From Glycera tridactyla (lineage: Eukaryota): 64,000 bases of DNA. Shown in pieces: positions 13,206 through 26,814 of this stretch. The stretch covers positions 109,182,001 to 109,246,000 of the forward strand of contig OZ286461.1 of the NCBI GenBank assembly GCA_965644265.1. Direction: 5' to 3'. The notes beneath the pieces are model-generated. The model was not told the origin of the DNA, did no database searches, and worked only from the letters and a program-made list of their open reading frames with translations. Within the stretch, counting starts at the first letter, position 1; every line of letters starts with the position of its first letter. The translations under genes and the position numbers were made by a program.

Positions 13206-15748
13206 GCGCGCACGCGTGTGTGTAATATTGTACCACGAAAAGGATTAAGGGCATAGTAAAGAGAATCAAGAGCATATACAAAACCACTCTCAATGGACAG
13301 TTCAGGCGGACACTACTTGCAGAAATGACGGCATATTTTGATGCATTTTTTTCAGCAGAGCAAAATCATGCATTTCCAGACCACTAGCTTGGCCACTAGA
13401 TTGTCTGCATGATCGTTGCTAATATTAGGACTTTATATAGCAACATTACCAGGCTTTCCCCTGAACACCTCGCAGAATTCACGAGGAAAGGAAAGGCGCT
13501 TACCATCGGCCGCAATCAATATATCTGCATTCTTCAGGAGGGCCTTGTCCTCGGAACTCCAGCCAAACGGTGACCCTATGAAGATAAAGATATGCGTTAT
13601 CAAATCGCCACGATGGACCCAGGCTACTTTCTGGCAATCTGTTCGATTTCCCTATTCGTGTCTGAAAGGCTCAGTAGAATACAGTCCAGGGTCCATCAAG
13701 TACACTATAAACCAGCAAGCCTGGACAATTAGAGTATACCGTAGTTGATTTTGACTACGATAAGAAGCTCTTGATATGTAAGAAATGACACTGAGAGTCT
13801 GTGATCGATTTTCTATTCATTTCACTTTCCAGAGGAGTCCTAAATGAACCCTCCCGTGTCCGTTGTATGGGTGTCTCAATATAGCACATATGGTGCTGGT
13901 GTGATGTTGAGAGGCATATCTGTGCTTGGGGCGACTCGCTATCTGTGGTTTGGTTTGGTTAATGTTTAAGGGCGTGTATCAACCCAGAGGTTTATGTGTG
14001 CCGTGCTTTCTTGGTAAATGAAAGCTAGGTGATCTTTCCCTGCACAGGCATCACTCTCACAAACCCTGAACTCAAAATGATGGGAACCTGATAGGTTGTC
14101 AAGTGAAACTACCTGACAGCTCGGTAGGATTTTGAAATCGTGATGATTGACATTTTTAGCTCAGGTTTCAAGCGAATTACCAATGATTGTTATCATTGTT
14201 GTTGTTGTAATCTTCGGCCAATGACGTGGCACGTTCGTCTCTAATCCAGTGCATGCCGACTGGGATATCAAAGGCCGGCCGTGTATTTAGGAGTTTTTTC
14301 CTTTACGCATGTTAAAGATCCACTGCTGTCTTTCGCAAAGAGTAGGGACGGCCCCCGGCAGGCAGTGATTCTTTTCTTCAGCATTTTCAGTTTTTCAGTC
14401 CGTTATAACCAAAGCGGGTTTAAGTGACGTTAAACTTAAACAAACAAACAAACAAACAAAATTGGTCTCTTATTATTCCACTACTATTGTGAATTGGTAG
14501 ATTGTTTGGTTCAGTTTAAATAATCATTCCGACTATACGGTCCCTGCTCAGATGGAGAATCTGTCTGGCAGAATGCGAGTATCAGCTTATACCTTCCGAT
14601 AGGTCCGATGCTGTCCAATCCATCTCTCTGACAATGATGTTGGACATTTGACTGTCACGTTGTGCTGGTTGACTGTATACATGGGAGTTTCTGCTCACAT
14701 TGCGCTGACATACGGACAAGACCTCATCCCCAATGTCTGAAATAAAAAGGTTTGAGCATGTGACCATGNNNNNNNNNNNNNNNNNNNNNNNNNNNNNNNN
14801 NNNNNNNNNNNNNNNNNNNNNNNNNNNNNNNNNNNNNNNNNNNNNNNNNNNNNNNNNNNNNNNNNNNNNNNNNNNNNNNNNNNNNNNNNNNNNNNNNNCA
14901 CTCACTTTCTCACACACAAGCTCATCTTAATTATCTTAATTTTCTTGTCGACGGCGACGATGGCGATAATGGCGACGACGACGCAGCCTGGTAGTAACTA
15001 CCACCGTCACCAACATCACCCGACTTCAGTACCTGTGCATATCACAGTCTTTGCAGCTGTTGCTGAGATGAGGCTGGCTAAACCAACACCGCCGCCAAGC
15101 TCCAAGACGACCTTCCCTTCGAATATGCCTGGGTTATTTAGCATGTAGTCACACAGTAATAAACATCCCTGCCACACCTGTTGCAAACAAAGGTGAAACA
15201 CCGTTAAAACGTACAGAAGAAATGAAAGTTTTGAAGCATATGCATAAGCTGATTAATCAATCTGTATCTGTCTTTGATTTGAGACATGTCAAATTAATTC
15301 TGAATAGTTTATTAGGCTCAGGTGAGGAGATCCTGGGACCATATCTTCCCCATTTATCAACAATGATCAAGAAGTTCGGTGAATGGATACTGGTGATCTA
15401 TGGAGACTGTAAATGAACAGGGAGAAGGCTCCACAATGATATCTGTGCATTTACTGAGACTGCGATATGGCCTCAATAGACCATTTTGCAATGATTCACA
15501 ATTGAAACGGGAATATAGCCACGAGTCGTCTATGCACCAACATCGAGTATGCACTGACCAGGAAGATTGGCCCTATCCATTTTACTTTTGCGTGATGGTT
15601 TTTAGAATAGATGATGACGAACAGTTGTCTCAGAGACACACAACAACCAGGATGATAGTACATGTACATCCTGTTCTCGTGAAACACACCTGTAGTCCAA
15701 CATCAGCCAGTCTGGTACCCAGGGCATGCTCTGAAAATGTCGAAAACA

Positions 15749-15793
<45 letters not shown>

Positions 15794-17713
15794 TATTCAT
15801 CATAGGTTTCGTCATCGTCGTCGTCGTCGTCGTTGTCAGTCTTCGTGTTTAGTATCATCTTCAACATCCTCCCCTCTTCTACCCTAGGATTTCCAACTTT
15901 CAGCAGTCCATCCATCCTTTCATTCATCCATCCATTCATAAATCCATCACCATCAATCCATTCAGTTATGGCCGCGTGAAAAAGTGGTCTTTATTGGGGC
16001 ACATGTGTAGCACTGGGCAAACTGTAACTATCTATAGACCCGTAATAAAGTAGCCATAGTAGACAGGTGGCCTGTGTAGCGGGCAGGGGCTTTCGGGCAG
16101 GTTTGAACGCTATACTCACCAATGGTGATGACATCCCAGGGATTGGCGTTCGCCTCTTCTCTCCTCACCAAGATATCCCCATCTTCATCTAGAGTGTGGT
16201 CTGCATCATGGGCTGGTGGCCCTCGGTGTTTCTCACTCCCATCCAGTGATCCTTGGTTTGAATCAGATTCTGTATCCAGGTGTTGGTGCACATCAACACC
16301 TGACACATCTCCATCTTTACGTGCGATTCCACTCGCGAGACCTGCTTGCACACTTTCCCCACTGTCGTCAGTAGGTAAATCGTACAAAAACCGTGTCACT
16401 ACAACTGAAAATACACTATATGAACATGCCGTCTCTATGTAATATGCAACATAGATAACCCCGTTCACCAGAAATGATACCTTGAGTCCTTATGGATTTC
16501 ATAAGTATTCACCTTTCGTCAGGAGACCAGAAAGATGGAATGATTTCACCCTGGTCAATTATATGGGCGTCACAATGTAGCACAGATGGCACAGACGTGA
16601 CGTTGAACCAGAAGCAACCAACCAAAAATCCCATGAGTTGAAGTATGTTAAATTGCAACCAATCAACCAATCTATCCTTCGGACAGTTCAGCTTTATAGA
16701 GAAGTGAAAGAGGGGGAAAGTATGTGTGCGTGAGAGAGTATAAACAAATGAACTGAAATCTAGGTATGTTATTGGTTTCGACAAAGGTTAGAGTGGCTAC
16801 CTGTACCAACATGCCTCCATATCACATAGATGTCCGAATAGATTCACCAAATTGTTTTGCTGATCAAATGAGAGGAGCACAGGCGAGCCATCCACGATCA
16901 GAACGCTTCGTTTTCTGCGTGTATTATCTGCTATTCTTATTTAGAAATGTTCATATTACTTCATGATAAACTGCTTCTAGACAAAACTGATTTCCAATAG
17001 ATACCGAATAGGAAGTGGCCATTTATTAAAACGAAAGACTGTGACTCACTATAACGAGGCCAATGACAGGCATAGTATATGGAGATCCAAATAGGCCCTA
17101 TCACATGTAATCATACGGAAAATGCCCATTACTTGATGAATGATTGTTTGGGGCCGGGGTCTTCATCAACGAGTGTCAGGAATGTCATCTTGAGTGTTCG
17201 AGATTTTCATATTATTTAACCTGCCTTTGGGGACCCAGAAAGAGTCATTCCCATGCCCACTACATGGACGTCACAACATAGCACATCGACTTGACGGCAA
17301 CCCAAGCTCAAACAGTTCTGATGTATAACATTTCATCTGCCATCGGGGACCCTGGAGTCATTCCCATGCCCACTACATGGGCGTCACAATGTAGCACATC
17401 GAATTGACGTTATGCCACGGCAACCCAAGCTCAAACAGTTCTGATTTGTATCATTTTACCTGCCATCGGGGACCTAGAAAGAGTCTGAAGTGATTCCTTG
17501 CCATGCCTGTAAAATGGGCGATACAATATAGCACTGTGACGTGACGTTAAGCCACGGCAGCCCAAGCTCCTACAGTCCTGGCTATAAGCGTGTCATATGT
17601 AAATTAGAGTGACATAGCCCACCTGGATAATGGCTCGTCGCAGGTGTCGCTCCGTCGCTTGTGTAATCTCGCCCCACGTGCACATCCGACAGTGCTATAT
17701 CGTCGGGGTCCAT
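9461..17713 (-). CDS. METTL22: Methyltransferase-like protein 22 (7-beta-strand protein-lysine methyltransferase); complement(join(9461..9499,11058..11232,12802..12901,13504..13575,14593..14736,15033..15177,15690..15730,16120..16404,17623..17713)), 363 aa
   Basis: Nine phase-consistent GT-AG exons, 1092 nt. Family motifs: ALSDVHV, LDEDGDILVRR, EHALGTRLADVGLQVWQGCLLLCDY, SAM motif I VVLELGGGVGL, DIGDEVLSVCQRNV, VREMDW, AADVVYDEDLTD, LEKRLNFTL, ELWRI. Confidence 0.95.
11288..11446. mobile_element. pogo/Tc1-mariner-type MITE (CAGT ends, TA TSD)
   Basis: TA|CAGTAAAACCTGCTATAGTG ... CACTATAGACAGGTTTTACTG|TA with an internal ~70-bp duplication. Confidence 0.85.
13132..13202. repeat. (GT)n microsatellite
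   Basis: Directly visible. Confidence 0.95.
14215..14460 (+). mobile_element. 5'-truncated SINE with Deu/Nin-like central domain and (AAAC)n tail
   Basis: CATGTTAAAGATCCACTG...CTTTCGCAAAGAGTAGGG...CCCCGG resembles the Deu/Nin core as I recall it (TTAAAGATCCC...TTTCGTAAGAGTAGGGG...CCCCGG). Ends GACGTTAAAC(T)TAAAC(AAAC)n. Confidence 0.6.
15750..15836. repeat. (TCA)n and (TCG)n microsatellites
   Basis: Directly visible in a METTL22 intron. Confidence 0.9.
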
Positions 17714-19285
17714 CACCAACCAACCGACATGTTTGCCGTTGAAGAGTCACAACATCTGAAATATCGGATATGTATATATGAAGGTGAAATCTTATTTACA
17801 ACACGAGACAAGTGGGGTTCGCCGCGAAGAAAATCATTTGTTGACACTATCCAATTTGTGACAGTTTTAATGTGAATATTTGTTCTTTGAAATTTGATCG
17901 CCGCGGGAACGGTCGTCGTCGTCGTCGTCATCGTCGTTCGATGTGGTTGGTAAGTTTTGTTAGTCGGTCGGTTGCTGGGTGGGTGGACGGATGGATGGAT
18001 GGATGAATGGATGGATGATCAGTGATGGTAGTAGTACTGTCGGTTGTGTGGGCGTCAGTAATCAGGAAATGTTGAGCGCTAGTTAGTATCACTGAGTGGT
18101 CAAATTAAATCAAATCATATTAATTTAACCCGTAACGTATTTACAATGAATTTGGCCCAATGTGGACTTGTTATGCACAAAAGTAATCACAATTCGGGTT
18201 CAATAACATTGAAATACCATGAGATGGTCCAATGGTTGGCTCTTGATATAACCACAAGATGTCGTGATGGGTGTTCTCCTGGTATGTCCCTAGCCCTCAA
18301 TCTTACAGCAAAACGTCACTGATGGTGAATTGACCAAACCGACCAGATAAGTAAATGGAACCACTAGAGATTGGAAGTTAGGCAGCTGGTAATTATCCCA
18401 ACAAAAATGTCTATATCCCAGGCGCATCAAGAAATCCACGTGCATCTTACTCCATAATCCCCGTATACAGATTCAAACTTTTCTGATATACAATTCAATT
18501 CAATTCGAACACCGACATCTGATGGATAAAACTTGAACTACTGTTACATGTCCACACCACAAGGCGTCACTTCGAAAGCCATCTAGCGAAATCTCTGAAA
18601 ACTATGGGAAAGATTTACTAAGATATTTCTCTTGACTGGGGCTGAGAATCACGGAGAGATCATTCCTATTGACATCTTTCATTCTGTAAGACATCCTCAC
18701 TCTGTGCCGGAATATTTGAGTGTTCGATAGTGGAATTCGTATGTTTTATTCCAGTGCGGGACTTCATTTGACCTAGTTACTACAAGGTCAAGGCCGTTTG
18801 CAATGTGTCGTGTAAACGGGAACAGGTTGCGATGAAAGTTGTTGATTGGTTTTGTCACACGCGTGATAAGCGGTGATTTCTCGTAAAATGTTTACATTCC
18901 GTTATTCAAGCTTGGATAACAACCGTGTGGCCCTAGTTTACGAGATCGTACAGAGAGACGTCTCAAGTCGTTCGCACATCGGTTCTGTTTTCATGGACAG
19001 AGCGGACTGTAAACAAAACTCGCTGCATTGTAGATTTTAACGATTGAGACTGAACAGGTGTGGGCGTGTCCGGTCAGCTGTTTATATCTATGGACATTGC
19101 CATTACATCCCACGTCATGGATCTGTGATGGCTTATCAGCTGCGCACCTGACAGCTGCAATAGTAAATATCACCTAGGGTACCTGGGTCGGTGTTATCAG
19201 TGATTGTGTCATCACAGCAACTACTCAGTGGAATCAGTCTGCACTGTGTCAATAGTGGCAATCCAGGAGCCGTATTGGTTGAACC
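17714..19285. promoter_or_regulatory. Divergent promoter/5' UTR interval between METTL22 and CANT1
   Basis: Start codons face away from each other 1.57 kb apart, with CpG-enriched patches near 17640-17970 and 18790-19000. TSSs not determinable. Confidence 0.55.
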
Positions 19286-22200
19286 ATGGCGCTGAGTCTG
19301 GGTCCAATAAGATATGCACGGTCAGCTGACCTCGATAAATCATGCAATATTCGGGTGCATAAGTGGATGCAGGCCATTCAGTCACCTACACAATACAGAG
19401 TCGGGAGCTCCGTGCATGTTAAACCCACCATCATGATGAAAGTTGGAATTGTATTTTTGCTTGTGATATTTTTCTTCACATTTGTACGACCATCTGACTA
19501 TACTGCCACAACAAATATGCGTGACATGCTTTATCCAGCATACAACTCTACTTATCCATTGACTAAGCCACAAAGCGTTCCTGGTGGCACAAAGTATCGT
19601 ATTGCTGTTGTAGCAGATTTGGATACTGATTCAAAAAGTCGGACTGAAAAAAATATATGGATAAGTTATCTCAAGGAAGGTTGGTTGACCATAACCAATG
19701 ACTTTGATCATGTCACCATAGAATGGGATCAAGATAATATAACATTGAAGTCAACCTTTGCCCAAGGTGGGCGAGGCATGGAACTCTCGGAGTTGATTGC
19801 TTTCAATGGAAAGTTGTATGCAGTGGATGATCGGACAGGAATAATCTTTGAGATCTCTAGGAATCATCAACTTCTGCCTTGGGTTATCCTTGCTGATGGA
19901 GACGGAAACACAATTAAAGGTATAGCATGCATCACCAATTTTACTTAGGTACTAGTACTGTCATGAGATATGTTTTCACAGACTTATTTCTTTTTACACA
20001 GCAGTTCCATAAATATGCAGTACAGAGTGATGACTGTCAAAAGATGCAGGTCCTTATTTTGAAGAGTTTTGCTCTATGGCGCTAGCACATTGGAGGAGGA
20101 GTCTTGAATGACCTGATCCATGCTAATTGCATGGACATCTCTATATAGCCTGCTTGGTGCTCAGGAGATGTTTAACAACCATACATCCCACTAAGTGAAT
20201 AGATAAATAACCTAATTGATTGAAATAATCATCTGACTGACTACAAAGATCACAGGGTTCACAGCCAGCCTGGAATCCTGGAAAAAGTATGGAATTTGGC
20301 TTAAGGCTTTTCCATGCCTCCCAAAAGTATGGAATGTGGATAAATCCCCATTTTTGTCTGGAAAAAGTATGGAATTTATCTCATTCGTTCTGACCTGCCT
20401 ACAATTAATTTGCTGTAATTCACAATTAATTAGACGCAGTAGACAGGCTACTCAGTCTTGAGCATAGAATGACCAATATCCCTGCTGATCGCCATCAGGT
20501 GCGTTCAGTCCACAAAGGTGACCCGGCCTCTCACCCGGCCTCTCACATGAAAGTAGCCTGGGAAAAAACTTGGATCCAGGCCTGGGTTGCTTTACAAATC
20601 TGGCTATGAACCCTGAGATTACATGTCGAAAAAGATGACTCTGATGGGAGTTTTTGGAAACACGCCCAACTGTATCACTCCATGGGATGGTATATGCGAG
20701 TCATCTCCAATCAACCAACCAGTCAAATGTCCTGTTGTTTTTGACATGGATGGTTGAGACGTTGGATTTAAGCACATACACCAATAAGTTCCCTCCACCT
20801 TCAAAATATGTCTCACCTGAAAATCACTGACCATCAGATGTCCATTTAGAAGGTTTTTGTACCATAGATGAAATATTGAGTGTTTGATTTTCAAAGTTTT
20901 CTTTCCATCTGGAGACCCAGAAGAAGTAATGTGTAATGATCCCAACCATGCTTATCTAATGGGCATCTCAATATAGCCCAGATGGTGCTTGTAGGATCTG
21001 GAACAATCAACCAACCATTTAAAACTTTTATTTTTCTCAGTAGGATCTGTGCCCCCCCCCCCCCCCCCCCCCGACAAGAAATGATGTGTTTGAGACCAAT
21101 TTTGCAAACCACTCTTTATGTGTCAAACATATCTCCAATGAGAGACCTCCTATTGTGTAAGACAAGTTCTTGTTTTAATTCAAGTATGTTTCTGATCACA
21201 GGTTTAAATGCTGTAATTTGCACAGTCTCCACAGCCATCAGATTTAACCCAAGCATTATAGATGAAGTACACAGGGATGTAATCCTTCTACGGATCTGCA
21301 GATTTCTGTGTTTTTGACAATCAGCAGGCCATGTACATGACAGCAAAGAGCCTTCTCTGCTGAGTATTTTGGCTTTTAGATCATGAAAATCGGACAAGGA
21401 TTAGTGGAGAAAGAGCACAAGTTTGTATGGAATTCTGGTAGCCTTCAGTCACCAGTTATTCGGGCTTGTTGATCCACAAAATCTTAGTGTAAGTGCTGCC
21501 AGTCCGGTTTTCAGTGTTTTTGTTTGTGAGCCAATCACATCCCTGAGTACATGTATGCGTGTCATTTTGTACTATACTGTGCAAGTCTGAAATGGCACCT
21601 TGAATGTCTGTGAATTTCATATCATATCACCTTCCGTTGGGGACCCAGAAGGAGGAGTCTTGGAAGATCCCACCCATGCCCATTGCACAATATAGCCCAG
21701 ATGGTGCTGACGTCACATTCAACAACAACCAACCAACCAACTACTATACTGTGCCATTAAGCTTGTTTGTCATTGCAGATGCCACTGTAGCACAAATATT
21801 GACTTGGTCCTGGCTTTGTAGATCTAGAGGTGAAAAAAGTTACCTGACATTGTCACAGTCACTTTTCTGTAATGTGAAGTGGATTGCAGAGATTGATCAA
21901 TTTTCAAATTTGTGTTGCAGGTTTCAAAAGTGAATGGGCCACTGTCAAAGATAAAGCACTGTGGGTTGGTGGACTTGGCAAAGAATGGACCACAGTATCT
22001 GGAGAGGTCCAAAACTTGAATCCTCAGTGGGTGAAGAGTGTTGGTTTTCATAGCGATGTACTGCATCATGATTGGCATAAAAATTATGATGCGATGCGAG
22101 ATGCTGGTGGATTCTCTCATCCTGGTAAGTGTTCGTTCCAGTGAAAATTATTTTCGGGAATACAGTGAGATGTTCGCCCAGAGACCACCTCAAAAGTCAC

Positions 22201-22993
22201 CGAAAAGTGATCTCTCAAAAGAGGTATATTTGATTCTATGAAATAGAAAAGATGCCTTGAAAAAGCGATCTTCCATCGGGGTAGGTCTCGCCAGGGGTCT
22301 TTCATCACAGGTTTCATTGTATGCTGTTTCATCGTTCAGTGATTTTTAGGAAATCATCTGAATTCAGGAAATTTGTCAAAATATTTGAAATCCGAAAGTT
22401 AGGGGCAGCTGGGTCTACTGTATGTAATCACAATGTTCGCAGGGAGGGGGGGGGGGGGGGGGAATATATCAGGTTCACAGCCATCAGATTTAACAATCCA
22501 CCTTGGTTATTCTAGCATGTGTTTAGGCCCTATGATTTTTTCTGGCACCTTGCTGTTATTTCTGTCAAAGCTCCATATTGAAGCAATCATTTTGCAACTG
22601 CTTCATGTTTTTCTTCTTGCAGGATATATGATTCATGAATCAGGAGTGTGGAGTGATATACACAGGAAGTGGTTCTTTCTACCACGGCGAGCAAGTACAC
22701 AACATTATGAGGAGGTAGCAGACGAGAAACGAGCCACTAATTTGATATTTTCCGCTGATGAGAGCTTCTCTGATGTGGATATGCATCATATTGGACCATT
22801 CAACCCAGTGCGGGGTTTCTCTTCCTTCAAATTCATTCCAAATACTCAAGATCGGGTGATAATTGCCTTAAAATCTGAAGAAGATGCTGGCAAAATTGCA
22901 ACATATATCACTGCTTTAACATTGGACGGAGATGTTCTATTGAAAGAGACTGTGATTGGTGATTGTAAGTATGAGGGTATTGAATTTGCGTGA
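19286..22993 (+). CDS. CANT1: Soluble calcium-activated nucleotidase 1 (apyrase, type II membrane anchor); join(19286..19919,21921..22124,22623..22993), 402 aa
   Basis: Three phase-1-joined exons, 1209 nt. TM segment VGIVFLLVIFFFTFV; motifs YRIAVVADLD, GRGMELSEL, DDRTG, GFKSEW, GYMIHE, RGFSSFKFIP, KSEED, KYEGIEF. Confidence 0.96.
20253..20615. mobile_element. hAT-like MITE in CANT1 intron 1
   Basis: TIR CAGGGTTCACAGCCAG / CTGGCTATGAACCCTG (15/16), flanks AGATCA / AGATTA, subterminal AAAAGTATGGAAT repeats. Confidence 0.7.
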
Positions 22994-23971
22994 AAGAGAA
23001 AATCACATAGTTGTATTCTATGATTTGTCATTAAAACATAAAGCTGCATTTAAACTGCATGCATAATAGGTTGTCCTGGGAAATACCAATTGTTAATTTT
23101 GTGAAAGAAGATTGTCTCAGATTAACTTCACCATCATTTGAGACCTCTGGGCGATGATGAATCCAAGTTCCAAAGTAGCCCTGGTAAATTCTGTCAAATA
23201 CTTACACCCTTCCTAATGATGAGATGCAGTCCTTTTTTCAAGAGGTTTGAAATACCATACCTTAAATGATATTGTATCGCCACAAGGTATCAATCACATA
23301 ATTCCCCGTTATACCAGTGCCTTGCTGCTGTTGGATTGTGTGGTCAGTTCTAGGGTGCACAGTACTGATTTCATACAACCAGGTGCTTATTTCATATGCA
23401 ATTCAGGATCCTCCCTGAAAAATGTTGTCAATTTTGTTGCTTGGATTCACAGACCAATGTATGGAACAAAATTTGTGACTTTATTGTTGATGCATTCCGA
23501 TAAATGTGTCTGAAGGTTGATATTTTTAGTGGTCTAATGGTCTTTCTATCATATACAATGTATCAGGCAAGTCTACAAAATGGAATGAACATGGGGCCCA
23601 CAAATATTTGAGAATGTGTAGCTTTACAGTTTTATGCAGATCTTGACTTCTTAGAGAAATCATTCAAGATAGTATTTGGGTACCATGTAATTTTGGTTCA
23701 AATTCCAATGATTATTCATGATATGAGTGCACGAACAAGGGGGGGGGGGGGGGGGGCTGATATTCATCCTGTATGCCTTGTATGTAGCCTGTGATAGTTT
23801 ACTGTTGGATTTTATCAGTAGTGCTGAATGTGGTTATGTAGATATGCCGAGTCCTTTCGCAGGAGTCCCGCAGACCTTAAGTCCATATGCCAAACAGGGC
23901 TGAAGGCAGAAGGTCAATTTGGGTTTTCAAGTTTACATGCTAAACATTCCAGTATCATTCCTTGGTAAATA

Positions 23972-24147
23972 CAGTCAAATCTGTCCTAAGCATGCAGCCT
24001 AGGAAAACACAGAAGTGCATGCTAAGAAAAGGTGAATGCTTAGTGGAGGTAAAATGGAGTGAATATACTCCAGTGGGATGAATCCTGCATGATTGCTCAA
24101 GAAAAGTTCTTGCTGAGTACAAGGTATGCTTAGGGCAGGTTTGACTG
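23972..24147. mobile_element. pogo/Tc1-type MITE (TA TSD)
   Basis: TA|CAGTCAAATCTGTCCTAAGCAT ... ATGCTTAGGGCAGGTTTGACTG|TA. Confidence 0.85.
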
Positions 24148-24257
24148 TATACCAATGACCAGCAAGCACCCTACATGATGAAACTGCATCTGAGGAATTT
24201 GAGGTGCCATAGATTCCAGTGTATATCTCCGATATAGCTGTCACCAATACCCGACTT

Positions 24258-24345
24258 GAGAGAAGACCGGCAGCGACATCTAGCGGCGGCAGATGCGTTG
24301 CTAACGAGACAAACAAACGACTGCGCCATATAGAAACGTGTCCAT

Positions 24346-24409
<64 letters not shown>

Positions 24410-25459
24410 GATGGATGAATGAATGAATGAATGAATGAGAAGGAAGGGGCTAGAGGTTATCTAAATCATTGAAGCATGGTAGCTTGATTGGAGAGTAGCG
24501 ATGGTGTTGTTCACACCTTAACCGTGGCTTCTAATCCCTTGCTTTAATCATTACATCAAACAGAGCTTGATGTCTGACCTGTAGCTCAGCATGACCCTCT
24601 CTTAACCAAATCTCNNNNNNNNNNNNNNNNNNNNNNNNNNNNNNNNNNNNNNNNNNNNNNNNNNNNNNNNNNNNNNNNNNNNNNNNNNNNNNNNNNNNNN
24701 NNNNNNNNNNNNNNNNNNNNNNNNNNNNNNNNNNNNNNNNNNNNNNNNNNNNNNNNNNNNNNNNNNNNNNNNNNNNNNNNGTATCNNNNNNNNNNNNNNN
24801 NNNNNNNNNNNNNNNNNNNNNNNNNNNNNNNNNNNNNNNNNNNNNNNNNNNNNNNNNNNNNNNNNNNNNNNNNNNNNNNNNNNNNNNNNNNNNNNNNNNN
24901 NNNNNNNNNNNNNNNNNNNNNNNNNNNNNNNNNNNGGGTGTTCGGTGGGTGTGTGGAGGGAGGGAGAGATGATGAAACATGCAATCAAAATAGCGATTGA
25001 TAATAATCAATGATAATGATGATAATTTCAAGCATTCCTGGAGGATCACATCCAATTTCTGAGAAAATAGATTTGGATAGAAACGGGTCTGGCTACTGGT
25101 CTCACGTCAAGGTCTGTTTGATGTGACGATGAAAGCAAGTAGATGGAGGCCACGGTTATAGGAAAGGTGTGAAGCCACGGTTATAGAAAAGGTGTGAACA
25201 ACACCACCGGTACTTCGCCATCAAGCTATCATGCTGTGATGGAGCTGTGATGGTGTGGAAGCCACGGCTCAAAGAAATAGTGTGATTGTGTGTGAGCCAT
25301 GACCCAAAATATGTGTGAAAAACTTCGCTGAGTGTGAGTTATCCACTGGTTTCAATGCTCATATATAGCCACTGACAGCTCAGCTTGTCCAAGGTTGCTC
25401 GGTTGCTAGGGGCCGTTATCGCGACACCCCCGCTCGCGCTGCTCAACGCGCCTTCTCTC
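24258..25459. mobile_element. Non-autonomous DNA element with GAGAGAAG termini and internal inverted repeats
   Basis: GAGAGAAG at 24258 / CTTCTCTC ending 25459. ~60-bp inverted pair 24473-24531 / 25171-25235. Shares GAAGCCACGG/CCGTGGCTTC motifs with the 42895-44859 element. No clear TSD. Confidence 0.55.
24349..24405. repeat. (GT)n microsatellite followed by (GATG)/(GAAT)n
   Basis: Directly visible. Confidence 0.95.
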
Positions 25460-26814
25460 AAAAGGTCTATTTGAAAAAGAATATTCAGTATTTGGACAAG
25501 TTTCTTTCACTGACCACTTGCCAGGTCAGGCTAATGAGTAGGAAACTTCAGCTTTAAGCCTTGCAAAATAATAGAATGGAGCAGCGATTTCCACATTCAA
25601 GTCTTGTTAGGATAGATGCTGAATTTGATACATGGAATTCATCATTTATGTTGATATAATGAATGAAATGGATGTGGTCATTCAATGAGGGCAGTGACTA
25701 ATGGGGATTGCCATGATATTTGTTTCTAGTGTGAACCTTTCTCCATGTAAAAACTCCCTCATATGTTACATTATGTAGGAACCATCTCTTCTCGCCCTTC
25801 ATTGTCACCCTCGAGGTGCGTGTCATAGTCACGTACGAATCATAATTGTGATTTCTTGTAATCTCATTCTGGGAAGCAATATTTCAAATTATTGACTAAT
25901 CAGGTTTGTTTGTTAATTATAACGTTTCTGAAATTCACGGCAAAAGCGGGAAGATTAACTCATGTGCTCCGAGTACTGATTCACATGATGTATGTAGGGA
26001 GTGGTGTGTCTGGACTGTTTACAGCTTTATGTGATAATGGGAGAAATGTGTCTGAATGGTCAGCTACTGCCATCATCTTCTGTACAGGGTCTTTTAGGGT
26101 GGTACAAGCAGGTGTGGAGTGTCCAGATCTCAGAGATTCGGTATCTTGGGTTGGGCTGTTAAACTGCAACAAATGAACAAATCAACCATTCTGTGTGTAA
26201 TTCAAAAAGAAATTATCTCAACCATAGCATGGTAGATTATATCAAATGAGTCTCAGATCAGACACGCCATGCAGGTATTGTTGAATTTGTGCTATAGTAT
26301 ATTTTGGTAATGCTAGGAAATCTATGTCATCACCTGAAGAAGTTTTGTTATAATTTCTGAGGAAGCATGATGCATGTTGTACATAATATTGATGTTATTT
26401 ATGGGAGATGTACTTATTCACCTTGGAGGAGAAAAGCATTCATGTTTTAACTTGTAATTTTATTGATGATTTTCTCAGAATTCCTGGAAGCTGGGTCTTC
26501 TTGGTATTATCTTCATGAGTGTATTTATAATAAAAATGAATTCAGATTGTGTCCAATTGGAATACCTGTACCCAAACTGTTCTCATCTGGGTCTTCTCGG
26601 TGTTGTCTCTACGAGTGTATTGATGGAAGAAATTAGTTTGGTTGTTCTCCAATCATTCAGAGATGTACAGCTCTTTAGTGAGTGCAGGATACCCAAGATG
26701 TTTGCATCTGATGGAATCGCTCCACTACATCCTATCCCCAGCTCTGAATTCGGCAGTCCAGTACACATTTGCAGGGATGTGATTCTTCTGCGTTTCTGCT
26801 GAGAACCATCAAGA

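Noticed and set aside
8320-14118. 70-bp inverted duplicate (8320-8390 vs 14048-14118)
   Set aside because: Consistent with two copies of a dispersed repeat fragment; no element boundaries link them.
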